Virus record (IMG/VR): IMGVR_UViG_3300028600_000001
Location: 1 to 36,761 of that record
Strand: one strand, 5' to 3'
Source of the DNA: a virus
Length of the DNA: 36,761 nucleotides
In this document: positions 1 through 9,851 of the stretch, one piece after another
Numbering within the stretch: the first letter of the stretch is position 1
Layout: every line of letters begins with the position of its first letter
Position numbers and translations under genes: made by a program
Notes under the pieces: model-generated
Seen by the model: only the letters and a program-made list of their open reading frames with translations
Told to the model about the DNA's origin: nothing
Database searches by the model: none

Positions 1-127
1 AATCCTTCCGGAGTAAACACCACGGGCAAATAAAGATCATCGGTCGTATAAACTTTATTAGTTAGGCTTCTCGTTACGAAATCTCTGTCTGTGGTGACCG
101 GAAATTCTGAGATTGCTAGATTTCCTT
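1..127. repeat. Terminal direct repeat, copy 1 (assembly overlap or terminal redundancy)
   Basis: Read by eye: aatccttccggagtaaacacc...gattgctagatttcctt is identical to 36635-36761. Confidence 0.95.
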
Positions 128-1106
128 CCGCCATTACAAAGTCTGTCATGCGGTAGTGTTGAGCAACATTTGTAGGGAACCTTAGGCTAAGAGACACACT
201 ATCATCATTGTTCGTCCCAATATTCGCGCCACCAGGAATTCCAAAAGTAAAGCTATGGATAAAAGACTCTAAGGTTGGAGTAATACTAAAGGTCGTCAAA
301 ACAACTTCAGTTGGAGGAGAAACAGTTCCCCCACTCCCGTACTCTAATCTCAAAACTAATTGAGCTACACGTGTAGCCCCATCTAAGGTTTGTGCGTTAA
401 ACCAAAAGGTGTATTCCTGAGTAGTGGATGCAAACTTATTGACATCTCCCCAGAGATGCCTTACGTCATTTACAGTAGAAGCGGCATCTGGGACGGTTGT
501 TTGAAGCTCTAGCGCAAAACGAGGGCTCCCCGAAGGATTAACAACATACTGCGGGTATCTGAAAAAGGTTATGAAATCCGTAGCTGTTGAAGCGACGCTT
601 CTTACAAACTGCCATCCACCAGGAGCTATGAACGTAACAGGAGCGCGCACTTCTCCTGCTGCAAACCCACCTGCCGCATCAACAGGTAGGGGAAGATTCC
701 ACCTGAATTGTCCGTTCGTAATGAAGTTTTCTGCGTGTAAAATTTCTCCCGTACTCTGAGTATCTACCCCTTGCGGCCAGCCTTCTCTGGTGAAAAGAAG
801 GTTTCCTAAAGAATCGTATACCTCTATAAAATAAAGCTCTACGTCCCCAATCGCATCTACGATGTTATAAACAGGAACTACGTCGTTGTTGCTCCCATCT
901 TGGAGAATTCCAGCTGCAATAGGCGTGGGATTAGGAAGAGGAGTAACCATGTAATTGGGAGGGCTACCGCTCTGAACAAAAATAGATTTAGGAGTTGTGC
1001 GATTTATATCAGAAAAAGAACGAACTTCTCCCGTTACGGGCAATCCGTTGAACAAGAAGTTTTCTTGCAGGTTAGGGCCACTTACAAAGTTAAGAGGTAA
1101 AGGCAT
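1..1106 (-). CDS. Tail fibre, 5' part (first ~368 codons) of a 783-codon ORF; full gene = complement(join(35389..36634,1..1106))
   Basis: ATG at 1106-1104 preceded by AGGAAAGAG. I checked every minus-strand codon from 1106 to 3 by hand and found no stop. The frame (start positions congruent to 2 mod 3) matches ORF 35389..36663 once 36634 is subtracted. Not in the ORF track because it runs off the window edge. Confidence 0.8.
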   Translation of the reverse strand, partial: MPLPLNFVSGPNLQENFLFNGLPVTGEVRSFSDINRTTPKSIFVQSGSPPNYMVTPLPNPTPIAAGILQDGSNNDVVPVYNIVDAIGDVELYFIEVYDSLGNLLFTREGWPQGVDTQSTGEILHAENFITNGQFRWNLPLPVDAAGGFAAGEVRAPVTFIAPGGWQFVRSVASTATDFITFFRYPQYVVNPSGSPRFALELQTTVPDAASTVNDVRHLWGDVNKFASTTQEYTFWFNAQTLDGATRVAQLVLRLEYGSGGTVSPPTEVVLTTFSITPTLESFIHSFTFGIPGGANIGTNNDDSVSLSLRFPTNVAQHYRMTDFVMAEGNLAISEFPVTTDRDFVTRSLTNKVYTTDDLYLPVVFTPEG

Positions 1107-1184
1107 GTGCTCTTTCCTATTATGTATTTTTACTTTACATTCTAAAAAAAGTTAAGTAACCTATTGGTGTGTTCAACTTAACTT

Positions 1185-1481
1185 ATGGAGAATTATCTTA
1201 TGTTACTATTTCTAATGCTTTTGTGCTTATTCGTACCGCTTTGGTTTCATGTCCACAAATGCGGGATGGGGGTTCAAGCCCATGTCGACGAAAGACACGA
1301 GGAACTACTAGAGCGTCTCAAAGATATTAAATACGATACGGGACCCCTGTTGGATGAATTGTACAAAACCAATGCTGACATCATTCGGTCCGACCTTCTC
1401 CAGCAAGAAGCGAAAGAGTTCGCTGAAGATAGAAAAAATGAGGAAAAAAAGATTTCCACGGAAACCGAAAAAAAGGATTAA
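1185..1481 (+). CDS. Hypothetical membrane-anchored coiled-coil protein on the opposite strand to its neighbours (moron-like); start may be the ATG at 1200
   Basis: The 98-aa ORF fills the only gap between two minus-strand structural genes. Hydrophobic N-terminus LLFLMLLCLFVPLWF, then a charged helical tail. GGAG lies 9 nt before the ATG at 1200. Its stop overlaps the convergent stop of 1478..3538. Confidence 0.5.
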   Translation: MENYLMLLFLMLLCLFVPLWFHVHKCGMGVQAHVDERHEELLERLKDIKYDTGPLLDELYKTNADIIRSDLLQQEAKEFAEDRKNEEKKISTETEKKD

Positions 1482-3538
1482 TTTGTTGCTGCACCTAAGG
1501 TAGCTTTCAGGGCGTCTTGTATCATATGTCTAGTCGTATGAGGCGCCCTTCCTTTTCTAGCCTGAGATAAGAGAGTTGAAGCTAATTTCTCTCTAAAGGC
1601 TTCAGATTCTAATAATCGACCGGCACCGCGCCCACCTAAAGAAAGAGCCCCAAGAGTGCCCGCTGTAGTTGCAGCCATCCCTAAATCCCCGCGTAATAGC
1701 GCGCCTGCAATAGTTCCTATCTCCGCACCCCCTATCAATAGTGCATCTAAACGGCTGTGCCCAGTGAGCGGGTTAGCCTTTCCTTTCAAAGCTTTTTCGC
1801 TCATGCTTACTCGACGAGTATAATTATCCAAAGCATTACGCTCAGATTCTTCTGGAACCAAGGCCTTTCTCTGATTTCTCCCTAGCTTTTTGCCCCACAA
1901 ATCAGTCAATTTTTGCGGATTAGTGGCCTCTTCTATTCCACCTTTGGCTCTCCCCAGATAACTTCCTAGCAATAACTTCTTTCCTCGCTCCCCAAGGCGA
2001 CCGGCTAGTTTTTCTACCAAACCAGATTCATCCCTATCTTTAGCAGTTTTAATAAAAGTATGCGCCAATCTTTCTTCTGGGAGCTTACCGTGGACTGCGT
2101 TAAGGATATTTTGATCTAAGAAGGGAGAAAAGTTTTTAGCGTAATTCTTCTCTGCCTTTTCATAGAGGTCTTTTATTTCTGCGTTTTCTGGTCGACCAAC
2201 AACGTCCTTGATATCCTCCTTCAAAGCGCTGCCCAGCTCAGAAAACATTCCTCCACGCTCTCTATCCAACATCATCTTGGAGCTTTTATAAGCCCCGCCC
2301 TTTCCTTTAAGATGCGCCGCTAATACATTAGCCTCTGATAAAGAAGGATGATGCCCAGTTTTACCCACCTCCTCGTATTTAGTCGTCCTATCAAAAATAT
2401 CCTTCATGGTAGGCTCATACTCTAAAAGAGGTTGAGATGTTATGGCTTTTTTGTACCCCTTGGCGGCCTTTAGGAATTTAGGGGTTTCTATGACTACCCC
2501 TCGTTTTTTTGCTGCGTCAGTCGCATTTTTGTAAAGTGCTTTTTTTTGACCGATGTGAGAATGATAAGAATCTTTTAGTTCCTGAGCCAACTGAGTATCA
2601 ACATCCGCATGAGGAACTCCTTGGTTTAATTCTTTTAATAAGACATCCCCTTCCCCCTTCAGATTTCTAGCTATTTCTGCTTTTGTAGCTTCAACGCCAG
2701 TTCCGGGTACGTGGCTTAAGATGTTGTCATATAGACGCGTCAAACGAGGAGATTCCAGAACCTCTCCCAAATGAATTTTAGTTCCTTTGGCTGCCTTTAA
2801 ATTTTTAATTACCTGCGCAGGATCAATTACTTTAGCAAGAGATTCAGTAGGGATAAAAGGAGACGCGGCTCCTCCCGCTGCATCTATAAGAGCAGAGAAT
2901 GCGGCCATTTGAGCGGCATGCTCTCCTTTATCTTCTCCTTCGGGAGCAAGAGCGGCCCCATAGAGCCCACTTCCGGCCGCGCGTCTTCCTAGAGCCGAAA
3001 GACCTGTTTGTCCACCTAGAACTTTAGATATGGCTTTGCCCGCTGCGGGAATACCCTCAGCAGCCTTCAAGGCTCCTTTAAGAGCGCCACCGCCTCCTAT
3101 GAAGGAACCAATATCTCCAGCTAGTTTTCCTATCTCATAAGGACCGCCATGGCTATGCTGAGGCATTTGAGCTTGTAAGCCCTTAGGCATAAGTAAATTA
3201 GCTACGCCCGCGGGAAGGCCGGCTACAGCATCTCCAGCTCCAAGAACAAAATCCTCTCCACTTTGAAGGGCATTTTTTAGATAGCCACCCTGTTGTTGCT
3301 GAGGACCTTGGGGCTGCATCCCTTGTGGACCGTCGCTCGACTCATCTTCTCCGTAAGGCTTAAAAAATATTTCTATTTGTTCGTCTGGCGTTTCCAACGG
3401 AAATACAAAGTCCTCGCCATCTTTATGACCGCCCAGCTTCACAGCTTTTGGGTCAAGGCCAATCTTCTTTATTTGCTCAACAGGCATATCCCTAGGAACA
3501 ACCAAAATGCTGTTATCATCTAATATTATTTCTCGCAT
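1478..3538 (-). CDS. Internal virion / DNA-ejection protein (positional analogue of P22 gp16), Gly/Ala-rich, 686 aa
   Basis: Last and largest gene of the run following the tail hub. Low-complexity Gly/Gln segments. No enzymatic motif recognised. Confidence 0.45.
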   Translation of the reverse strand: MREIILDDNSILVVPRDMPVEQIKKIGLDPKAVKLGGHKDGEDFVFPLETPDEQIEIFFKPYGEDESSDGPQGMQPQGPQQQQGGYLKNALQSGEDFVLGAGDAVAGLPAGVANLLMPKGLQAQMPQHSHGGPYEIGKLAGDIGSFIGGGGALKGALKAAEGIPAAGKAISKVLGGQTGLSALGRRAAGSGLYGAALAPEGEDKGEHAAQMAAFSALIDAAGGAASPFIPTESLAKVIDPAQVIKNLKAAKGTKIHLGEVLESPRLTRLYDNILSHVPGTGVEATKAEIARNLKGEGDVLLKELNQGVPHADVDTQLAQELKDSYHSHIGQKKALYKNATDAAKKRGVVIETPKFLKAAKGYKKAITSQPLLEYEPTMKDIFDRTTKYEEVGKTGHHPSLSEANVLAAHLKGKGGAYKSSKMMLDRERGGMFSELGSALKEDIKDVVGRPENAEIKDLYEKAEKNYAKNFSPFLDQNILNAVHGKLPEERLAHTFIKTAKDRDESGLVEKLAGRLGERGKKLLLGSYLGRAKGGIEEATNPQKLTDLWGKKLGRNQRKALVPEESERNALDNYTRRVSMSEKALKGKANPLTGHSRLDALLIGGAEIGTIAGALLRGDLGMAATTAGTLGALSLGGRGAGRLLESEAFREKLASTLLSQARKGRAPHTTRHMIQDALKATLGAATN

Positions 3539-3539
3539 A

Positions 3540-4775
3540 TTATATGGTTCTCACGTGGGCACGCTCATCTTTGCTTTTATCAAAATCTACTTTATAAATA
3601 GATTTCAATACGTCAGCTGGCAATATTTCTAGTCTAGATTTCTCGACTGCTTCTAGAGTAGATAGGGCTGAATCTATATATTTTCTGGCCAAACTTGGAT
3701 TAGTAAACCAAGACCCATACGCAGCATCAAATAATCCACGAACATGTCTTTGCGTTTCCTGCTGAACCCCGAGGCCTTCCATTTGCGTTGTAAGCCCCTG
3801 CATGATTGGGATTAGCTGGTTACGCGCAGCCAAATAAGAGTGGTAACGCTCTGGCTTATTCAATGCAAGTTTATCTTTTGCTAGGAGAGCCCTTCCGCTA
3901 ATCCCAGAATATTCAGCTGACTGATCAAGCCATTTTCTAAAATCTTTTGATTTTGGCCCATGAAGAAGTCTGTGCATAGAGGCGGCGGAATCAATTTGTT
4001 TTTTAAATGAAGGGCTTACGTTTCCTAGGGCGGCGGTTTGAGAGGCTAACAAACGTTGCTTCTCCACTTGTTCGGGGGTGCTTTGGAAAGGTAAAGCTTG
4101 TGGCTGCTGAGGCTGCGCCTGCGGCTGCATTCCTGCACCAGGTATGCCTTGTTGTTGGGGCTGCTGCATAGGTGCAGCTCCGGCTCCTCTCGATGCTAGC
4201 CTAGAAATTTCTTGAGGATTAAGAGCGTACGAGTCTTCGCCTTGAGGGAGGGCTAACGGCGAACGCGGAAGAGTATCGCCCCCTCCGCCACCTAGAGTTC
4301 TCTCATAAATAGCTTTCAGAGCTCCCGAATCCTGACTGGGTTGAGAAACAAGTGAGGCGGTTTGCTCCATAGCCTGAGACCACGCCTGAGGATGCTGAGC
4401 GCGAAATTGCGCCCTCTCGGGTGAAGTCATCGTCATCAACATCTGTCTCAACTGAAAGGGACCTCCGAAGCGCTCAGAACCCCCAATCGCTTTTTGAGCT
4501 TGTGTTGCCGCTATCAAATCAGCTAAAGATGTTTTTTTCTGAGTCCCTTCAGTTTGAGCAAGCATTTGTGCCAACTGAGCTTTCTGGAGTTGGGGCTGGT
4601 TTTCTACTTGGAGATTAAGGAGCTGGTTCGCAAGGGCTGCATGCTGCCTCTGCTGTTGTGCAGAACGCATTTGATTGGCGAAATTCGCCCCCCTCTGCAT
4701 AGCGGGAAAAGCCCCTCGAGCTGTGGGGTCTCCTTGAGGCTGGATCGCAGCCCAATTTAAGACAGGGAGGACCAT
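3540..4775 (-). CDS. Internal virion / ejection protein (positional analogue of P22 gp20), Gln/Pro-rich, 411 aa
   Basis: Position in the module. QQ/PQ low-complexity tracts. ATG at 4775 with GGAG upstream. Confidence 0.45.
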   Translation of the reverse strand: MVLPVLNWAAIQPQGDPTARGAFPAMQRGANFANQMRSAQQQRQHAALANQLLNLQVENQPQLQKAQLAQMLAQTEGTQKKTSLADLIAATQAQKAIGGSERFGGPFQLRQMLMTMTSPERAQFRAQHPQAWSQAMEQTASLVSQPSQDSGALKAIYERTLGGGGGDTLPRSPLALPQGEDSYALNPQEISRLASRGAGAAPMQQPQQQGIPGAGMQPQAQPQQPQALPFQSTPEQVEKQRLLASQTAALGNVSPSFKKQIDSAASMHRLLHGPKSKDFRKWLDQSAEYSGISGRALLAKDKLALNKPERYHSYLAARNQLIPIMQGLTTQMEGLGVQQETQRHVRGLFDAAYGSWFTNPSLARKYIDSALSTLEAVEKSRLEILPADVLKSIYKVDFDKSKDERAHVRTI

Positions 4776-5026
4776 TTTTCCGCTTCTCCAATTTGTTTGT
4801 TATTTTCTTCAACCATCTGATCATGAACCGCTTCGGCCTTAGTGGCATCCATGGTTTCTAAAACATCGTCATCGATATTAAAGTAATAATCGGATTCGTT
4901 TATGCTCTCTGGGCCAGATTTCCCGAGCTGCGCTTTAATATAATCTTTGACAGCAGAATCTCCCAGATCACTCACGGCAGTTGGGATATCCATTAAGGCC
5001 CCATTACTTAAAAATACGGTTCCCAT
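4757..5026 (-). CDS. Hypothetical acidic virion-module protein, 89 aa
   Basis: ORF tightly packed in the structural operon; overlaps the next gene by 19 nt. Confidence 0.4.
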   Translation of the reverse strand: MGTVFLSNGALMDIPTAVSDLGDSAVKDYIKAQLGKSGPESINESDYYFNIDDDVLETMDATKAEAVHDQMVEENNKQIGEAEKWSSLS

Positions 5027-5038
5027 AAGGGTTTTCCT

Positions 5039-5668
5039 CTAAAAGAAAAATGATGCGGCGGTTCCAATACCGCTCATTAAATTACTCATTTGATCAGCTT
5101 TAGCTTGGTTCTCCTGGGATTGACCTTGGAAGGCTAAGCCGGCTTGATTCATAAGATTTCTTGAGAAAAGGTCCGAGAGATTCCCGGCAGTCCCATAACC
5201 TATATCCGTGAGATGCTGCTCTCCGGAAAGACCAGACCCATATAGGCCCAATATGTTTTTAAGATAATCGTTGTACCCTCTATTCGCCATGTCCCCAGCC
5301 ATGCGCCCAGCTTGCATTTGGTGAGAAGGAGTTCCTAACATTCCTCCTGTGGCGGCTGCGCTATTAATCCCACGCATAGCTTCAGCTAAATCGTATTGAT
5401 AAGAAGGAGACTCAGTAAACCCTGAAGAAAGCCTTTTCATCAGCTCGCCCGGATCATTTAGAAGTTGGTCGTAAATGTCTTGTGTTCGCCCAAGAGCCTG
5501 CTCTCCAGCTTGCTGGTAAGGGCGTAAAGGAGCCGCTCCTTCTCCAGGAATTCTGTCAAGATAAGGCATCGCCGAATCTGCTGGATTTGGGGTATTTCCT
5601 CCCATAAACATGCCGGGAATGGCACCAAATCCGATTGAAGAAAGAATGTTATCCATCTCACGCCTCAT
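5039..5668 (-). CDS. Internal virion / ejection protein (positional analogue of P22 gp7), 209 aa
   Basis: Position and size. Gly/Met/Asn-rich. Hydrophobic C-terminal GIGTAASFFF. Confidence 0.4.
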   Translation of the reverse strand: MRREMDNILSSIGFGAIPGMFMGGNTPNPADSAMPYLDRIPGEGAAPLRPYQQAGEQALGRTQDIYDQLLNDPGELMKRLSSGFTESPSYQYDLAEAMRGINSAAATGGMLGTPSHQMQAGRMAGDMANRGYNDYLKNILGLYGSGLSGEQHLTDIGYGTAGNLSDLFSRNLMNQAGLAFQGQSQENQAKADQMSNLMSGIGTAASFFF

Positions 5669-5934
5669 ATAGTTGTAAAAGTTACTACCACGCCAGCCTT
5701 CTTACCTTTATATTCATCAGCATCTGTATCATACCAAATTCTGCCATTTGGCACATTAGGGTCCGCTCCAATCTGCGTAATTTGCGCTGTAGTTAAAAGG
5801 GGAATTTGAAAACCTTCCTCCGATAAATTCCTCTGCATCTCTTCTATCAAAGTAGTGAAATAGCTTTGCATCTCGGAAGTTGGGAACCCATTTTCCCCTA
5901 CCATTTTCTTTCTTTCCCATACTGGAATAAACAT
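5665..5934 (-). CDS. Small tail-associated protein, 89 aa
   Basis: Start/stop overlap with its neighbours. The motif LLTTAQITQIG..PNVPNGRIWYDTD resembles the TTAQRdal..P..G.liyNT motif seen at fibre or needle N-termini (from memory). Confidence 0.35.
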   Translation of the reverse strand: MFIPVWERKKMVGENGFPTSEMQSYFTTLIEEMQRNLSEEGFQIPLLTTAQITQIGADPNVPNGRIWYDTDADEYKGKKAGVVVTFTTI

Positions 5935-5942
5935 AGTTCCTC

Positions 5943-7454
5943 CTATTGCCAGAGGTTAGCGATGCCATTGGTGCAGCGCCATGGTCCTTCCCCAAAGTAT
6001 CTGATTTGAAGAACTAAATCATTCATGGACCCCAACTGCCACCAGACTAATCGGTTAGCCCGTACTCCCAAGCGTCTCAAGTCTTTTCTTAGGTAAGAGC
6101 TAAATTCATAGCCCCCATCTTTGGAAAGAGACAAAGCAACTCTAGGCTGGTATGAGAGCTGCGGAACAATGTGATCAGGATCGTTTCCTTGCTCCATAGT
6201 GAAAGAGAAATTTGTTAATACAAACCTCAACTGATTCGGCGCTCTTATGTTGGAGCACACGCGAATTCTTGGAATTTCTTTTATGTCTCCGTCACCGTAA
6301 TTGTATACGTGGGTAGACTCTTCCAACTGATAGATATTTCCATCATTAAAACTTATCCCGTAATACCTTCCTTCAAAATACGCCACTTCCCTTAGGATGT
6401 GATAATTCATATTCTCATCAGTTACATCAAAAAATTTCTTTGTTGTGAAATCGTAAATTAAGCTGAAGTTATCTTCTGCATTATAGAAGGTGAGCTGGTA
6501 CAAAAGATGCCCACTTATTTTTAGAAAAAAAGCAGAAGAATCTTCTGGATGTTTTAATTGCGCAAACTTGAAGTTCCAGCCATCAGTAGAAATTTGCTGA
6601 ATATCTGTTCCTTCAGAAAACATAATAACTGCGCCGCTCTTTTCATTTGAGCCTAACCAAGCAGTAATCTGGTCTGAAGATGCCAACGTAGCTGGATTTA
6701 CACAGCCATAATCAATATTGGTAGAAGTGCTTCTTTGGTAAGGAAACAACGTAGAAGGGACGCCCGTCCATTGTTCTGTCACCGTCCTTCCCATAACAAA
6801 CAATAGATTCCCCCTTCCAGCTACCCTAATTACTGCTGTGGCTAGGTCACCCTTAGTTTGAATAGACCCGCTAACAGGAGTTCCAGACGCTCCCCACAGC
6901 CAGGAAAGGCCATCACCTGGTGCTGAGAGATACCAATTGGCCGTAATGCGATCGACAATTATGAAAAAACCGTTTTGATAAGTTACATATCCAGGAATTA
7001 CGCCAGGTGGAAGAACAGCTATCTGGAAGGTATCGGCTACGTAATCGTAGACATAAAGAGCCGAAAGATCGCAGAAGGCCACTTGATTTGTGTTGTTTTC
7101 TGCAATAAAGACATCTCCGCTAAATGAGCCTATCGTTCCTATAGGATTTGAAGCGAAAGTGGTAAGGGGATTTCCCATCTGAATTAATGGGGTGAGACGA
7201 ACTACGCTATCACCGACTACTGCTACTAAGAAATCTCCTCGCGTGCTTGCGAAAAGACCTCTTCCTTTAAAGTCTTGGGATAAGGTAAGTACATTCGTGT
7301 ACCCATAGGTATCAACTAACCATCCATCTGCCAGCAGCATATTAAAAGTTCGAGACGCCTGAATCTTGGGGTCTCTTCCAAACGTAGAAGAACCAGCTAC
7401 GTCTACGGGAACCGGAATATGTTCCGGCGTAATTCTTTTGAAATTTTGAGGCAT
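5943..7454 (-). CDS. Tail hub / packaged-DNA stabilisation protein (P22 gp10-like), 503 aa
   Basis: Size and position directly after the adaptor. The C-terminus SLSKDGGYEFS...RLVWWQLGSMNDLVLQIR follows the pattern of the P22 gp10 C-terminus (SATTDGINYG...RVLWKRVGRIRRLIGFKLRV) as I recall it. Confidence 0.55.
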   Translation of the reverse strand: MPQNFKRITPEHIPVPVDVAGSSTFGRDPKIQASRTFNMLLADGWLVDTYGYTNVLTLSQDFKGRGLFASTRGDFLVAVVGDSVVRLTPLIQMGNPLTTFASNPIGTIGSFSGDVFIAENNTNQVAFCDLSALYVYDYVADTFQIAVLPPGVIPGYVTYQNGFFIIVDRITANWYLSAPGDGLSWLWGASGTPVSGSIQTKGDLATAVIRVAGRGNLLFVMGRTVTEQWTGVPSTLFPYQRSTSTNIDYGCVNPATLASSDQITAWLGSNEKSGAVIMFSEGTDIQQISTDGWNFKFAQLKHPEDSSAFFLKISGHLLYQLTFYNAEDNFSLIYDFTTKKFFDVTDENMNYHILREVAYFEGRYYGISFNDGNIYQLEESTHVYNYGDGDIKEIPRIRVCSNIRAPNQLRFVLTNFSFTMEQGNDPDHIVPQLSYQPRVALSLSKDGGYEFSSYLRKDLRRLGVRANRLVWWQLGSMNDLVLQIRYFGEGPWRCTNGIANLWQ

Positions 7455-7466
7455 AGGAAGTCCCTA

Positions 7467-8165
7467 TTAAGGTCGGAAACCTTTTCCTATATTTACATCT
7501 CCGTAATTTAGGCTGAATGGACCATTTCCAAGAACCTGCATAATGTCTAGGCTAAGATCAGGTGGGCTCACGTCTCTAATCATGCGCTCCATGTGTCGAA
7601 GCTTTCTTTCCTGGGATGGAGTCAAAGAAATCTGGTATTCATCAGCAATATCTTCTGCTAACGCATACTTCAAATACCGAAGATAGAAGCCCTCAAACGC
7701 AGTCAGTTCCTCATCTATGGTGACCGAGGAAAATCCAAACTTACCTTCTATCTCAAATGGATAGGCTAAATTGGGTAGAGGATATAGAAATAGATTTGTT
7801 CCATTTAACGTACGCTGAAAATAAGCTTGAGAGGGGAGAGTCGTAATGTTGTTAGCGCGACCCCATCCTTTGTATTGCTTCCTCTGAATAATATCTATTT
7901 CGTACCGTACCGTCCCGAGTGTAAAAGTTATGGTTGATGGATAGACAAGTAGGGGGATGAAATACTCTTCCTGCCCTACTACAGCAGTAAAGTTGTAAGG
8001 CTGGTAATAAGGTATTTGAGAAATTTCAGCTGTTTTGAAATCAAGGAGCTGGTTCAACAGAATCAGCCCCTGACTTTCTTGCTTTGGACTGAGAGTATCT
8101 AGTTCCTCTGAGTTAACAACAAACTTATATGCAGAATCTATAAGTTGTCTTGTCGTTATAGCCAC
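7467..8165 (-). CDS. Head-to-tail adaptor (gp4-like), 232 aa
   Basis: Position between the head genes and the tail hub. The N-terminal LIDSAYKFV...ESQGLILLNQLLD pattern is typical of podovirus adaptor proteins. Confidence 0.5.
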   Translation of the reverse strand: MAITTRQLIDSAYKFVVNSEELDTLSPKQESQGLILLNQLLDFKTAEISQIPYYQPYNFTAVVGQEEYFIPLLVYPSTITFTLGTVRYEIDIIQRKQYKGWGRANNITTLPSQAYFQRTLNGTNLFLYPLPNLAYPFEIEGKFGFSSVTIDEELTAFEGFYLRYLKYALAEDIADEYQISLTPSQERKLRHMERMIRDVSPPDLSLDIMQVLGNGPFSLNYGDVNIGKGFRP

Positions 8166-8187
8166 TATCCTCTCCCAATTTTAATTT

Positions 8188-9000
8188 CTACGTAAGTGAG
8201 TAAGTCGATCCCAAAGTTAAAACAGAAACTAGACCGCCCGCAGTATCTACAAAGGCTCCAACTCCGCGTTGCCCGGCTACGTCCCTTCCAACTGGCATAC
8301 GAATATACTTATTAGCAAACTGCACAGTCGATTCCACCCATATATTAAAATAATAATTTCCGTTCGCCCCGGGATCAGTATTTGATGGGGTGAAAAATGC
8401 TTGTGTATCGACCCCTCCTGCGTTACTCAAGGTAGACATAAAAGAGAATATTTTTGCTGTAGGAGGAACCTGAAGGGGGAATCCACCTATTTGAAATCCA
8501 AAAGAGGTATTAGAAAAATCCAGCTGTCCGTTTTCTAGGTGTCTCTCCCACTGAATAGTTCTAGAATTCAATCCGTCCTCAATCATCGTGAAGCTTTCTA
8601 CTTCCGTACTAACATTGACAAACACCCACCCTACAAATCTGTGAATATCGTAGGATTCGCCAGAAGGAGAATTTATTACAGGAACCGAAGGAATGGAGTC
8701 AGGAGAATCTTCTAGAACTGCAACTACCTTAGGGACTAAAGCGGCTAAAGAAGACTGGAGAACAAAAACGCCATACCAGCTGTTAGGAGCCACAGTGCCA
8801 GCCAATAAACCATTTAAACCATTGGTAGTTAAATCTAAAGTAATTGGAGAATTAACCACCATATCAAAGGTGTTAGTGCTATCTCTTGCCTGTCCCGTTC
8901 CTACAGAAATGGCTGCATTGCCAGCTACTGTGAACAGGCATCCCTGAACATACAAAAATCCTTTGTTTACTACAGGAACAGCTCTTTTTTCTATAGACAT
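8188..9000 (-). CDS. Structural paralogue family A, copy 4 (270 aa), function unknown
   Basis: Shares VVN.G.LY.QGC, G..RDSTNTFDM, WY..FV, YD..RFVGWV and GRD motifs with the three genes upstream. Confidence 0.7.
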   Translation of the reverse strand: MSIEKRAVPVVNKGFLYVQGCLFTVAGNAAISVGTGQARDSTNTFDMVVNSPITLDLTTNGLNGLLAGTVAPNSWYGVFVLQSSLAALVPKVVAVLEDSPDSIPSVPVINSPSGESYDIHRFVGWVFVNVSTEVESFTMIEDGLNSRTIQWERHLENGQLDFSNTSFGFQIGGFPLQVPPTAKIFSFMSTLSNAGGVDTQAFFTPSNTDPGANGNYYFNIWVESTVQFANKYIRMPVGRDVAGQRGVGAFVDTAGGLVSVLTLGSTYSLT

Positions 9001-9012
9001 GAAAATTAACTC

Positions 9013-9840
9013 CTAGATTGAGAATGTGAAACTACTTACCTGAATTTGGAGAGAGTTTCCTCCACCATCCCCGGCTATAATTCTTCCACCGATCCCGGCG
9101 TTACCACTTCCGTCTCTTCCAATCGCCATGGATAAGAAAGTTCTTCCAATACCACCACCCACAGCAACAGGAGAATCAAATTGAAATATATAAGCGCTGG
9201 TGGGTCCCGGATCAGTTACTCGTTGACTGATCGCAGCAGTAAAGGGGGTCACACCAGCAAGATTTAGTAAGACCCCTTGCGCTTCAAATTCTAGGGTAGT
9301 TGGTGGCACGAGACTTCCAAATGATCCAGTCATAAATGCATATGTGGCGCTTGTAAAAGAAACCGCGGTGGCAGTCAAATCATTCCAATATACTTTTCTC
9401 TTCCCAACACCACCAGGAATCATGGTGTACTGTAGGAGTCCGGAAGACCCGCTTCTCACCCAGCCAATAAATCTAAAAATATTATAAGTTTGATCACTTG
9501 AAAGGGGTAAATCTTTAGGAAATGGAATTTCATTAGGAGAAGTTGATGTAACAGCTATAGTGGCTACCTGAAGAGCGTCTAACTTGGAACCCATAATAAA
9601 AATGGCGTACCACGTGTCGTTTGAAAATGTTTCTGTTGGTTGAAGTCCATTAACACCGGAGACACTTAAATCCAAAATAGAGTCTTGTGACAATGCCATA
9701 TCAAACGTATTGGTGCTATCTCGCACTTGTCCGGCCGATACGCTAAGAGTATTTGCGGTAAGAGGCTCTACTAAGCATCCCTGTTCGTAAAGACTACCTT
9801 GGTTAACAACTTGAGTTACAAATTTTTGTTCTACGGCCAT
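9013..9840 (-). CDS. Structural paralogue family A, copy 3 (275 aa)
   Basis: Same motif set: VVNQGSLYEQGC, GQVRDSTNTFDM, WYAIFI, YNIFRFIGWV, PPTTLEFEA, IGRD. Confidence 0.7.
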   Translation of the reverse strand: MAVEQKFVTQVVNQGSLYEQGCLVEPLTANTLSVSAGQVRDSTNTFDMALSQDSILDLSVSGVNGLQPTETFSNDTWYAIFIMGSKLDALQVATIAVTSTSPNEIPFPKDLPLSSDQTYNIFRFIGWVRSGSSGLLQYTMIPGGVGKRKVYWNDLTATAVSFTSATYAFMTGSFGSLVPPTTLEFEAQGVLLNLAGVTPFTAAISQRVTDPGPTSAYIFQFDSPVAVGGGIGRTFLSMAIGRDGSGNAGIGGRIIAGDGGGNSLQIQVSSFTFSI

Positions 9841-9851
9841 TATTATCTCCT

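Noticed and set aside
1119-1155. Promoter for the tail-fibre gene (TTAACT-17-TAAAAA, or CATAAT at 1124-1119).
   Set aside because: Both hexamer pairs are weak, or are placed too close to the ATG to leave room for the ribosome site. Only the partial GTAAAGTA motif is notable.
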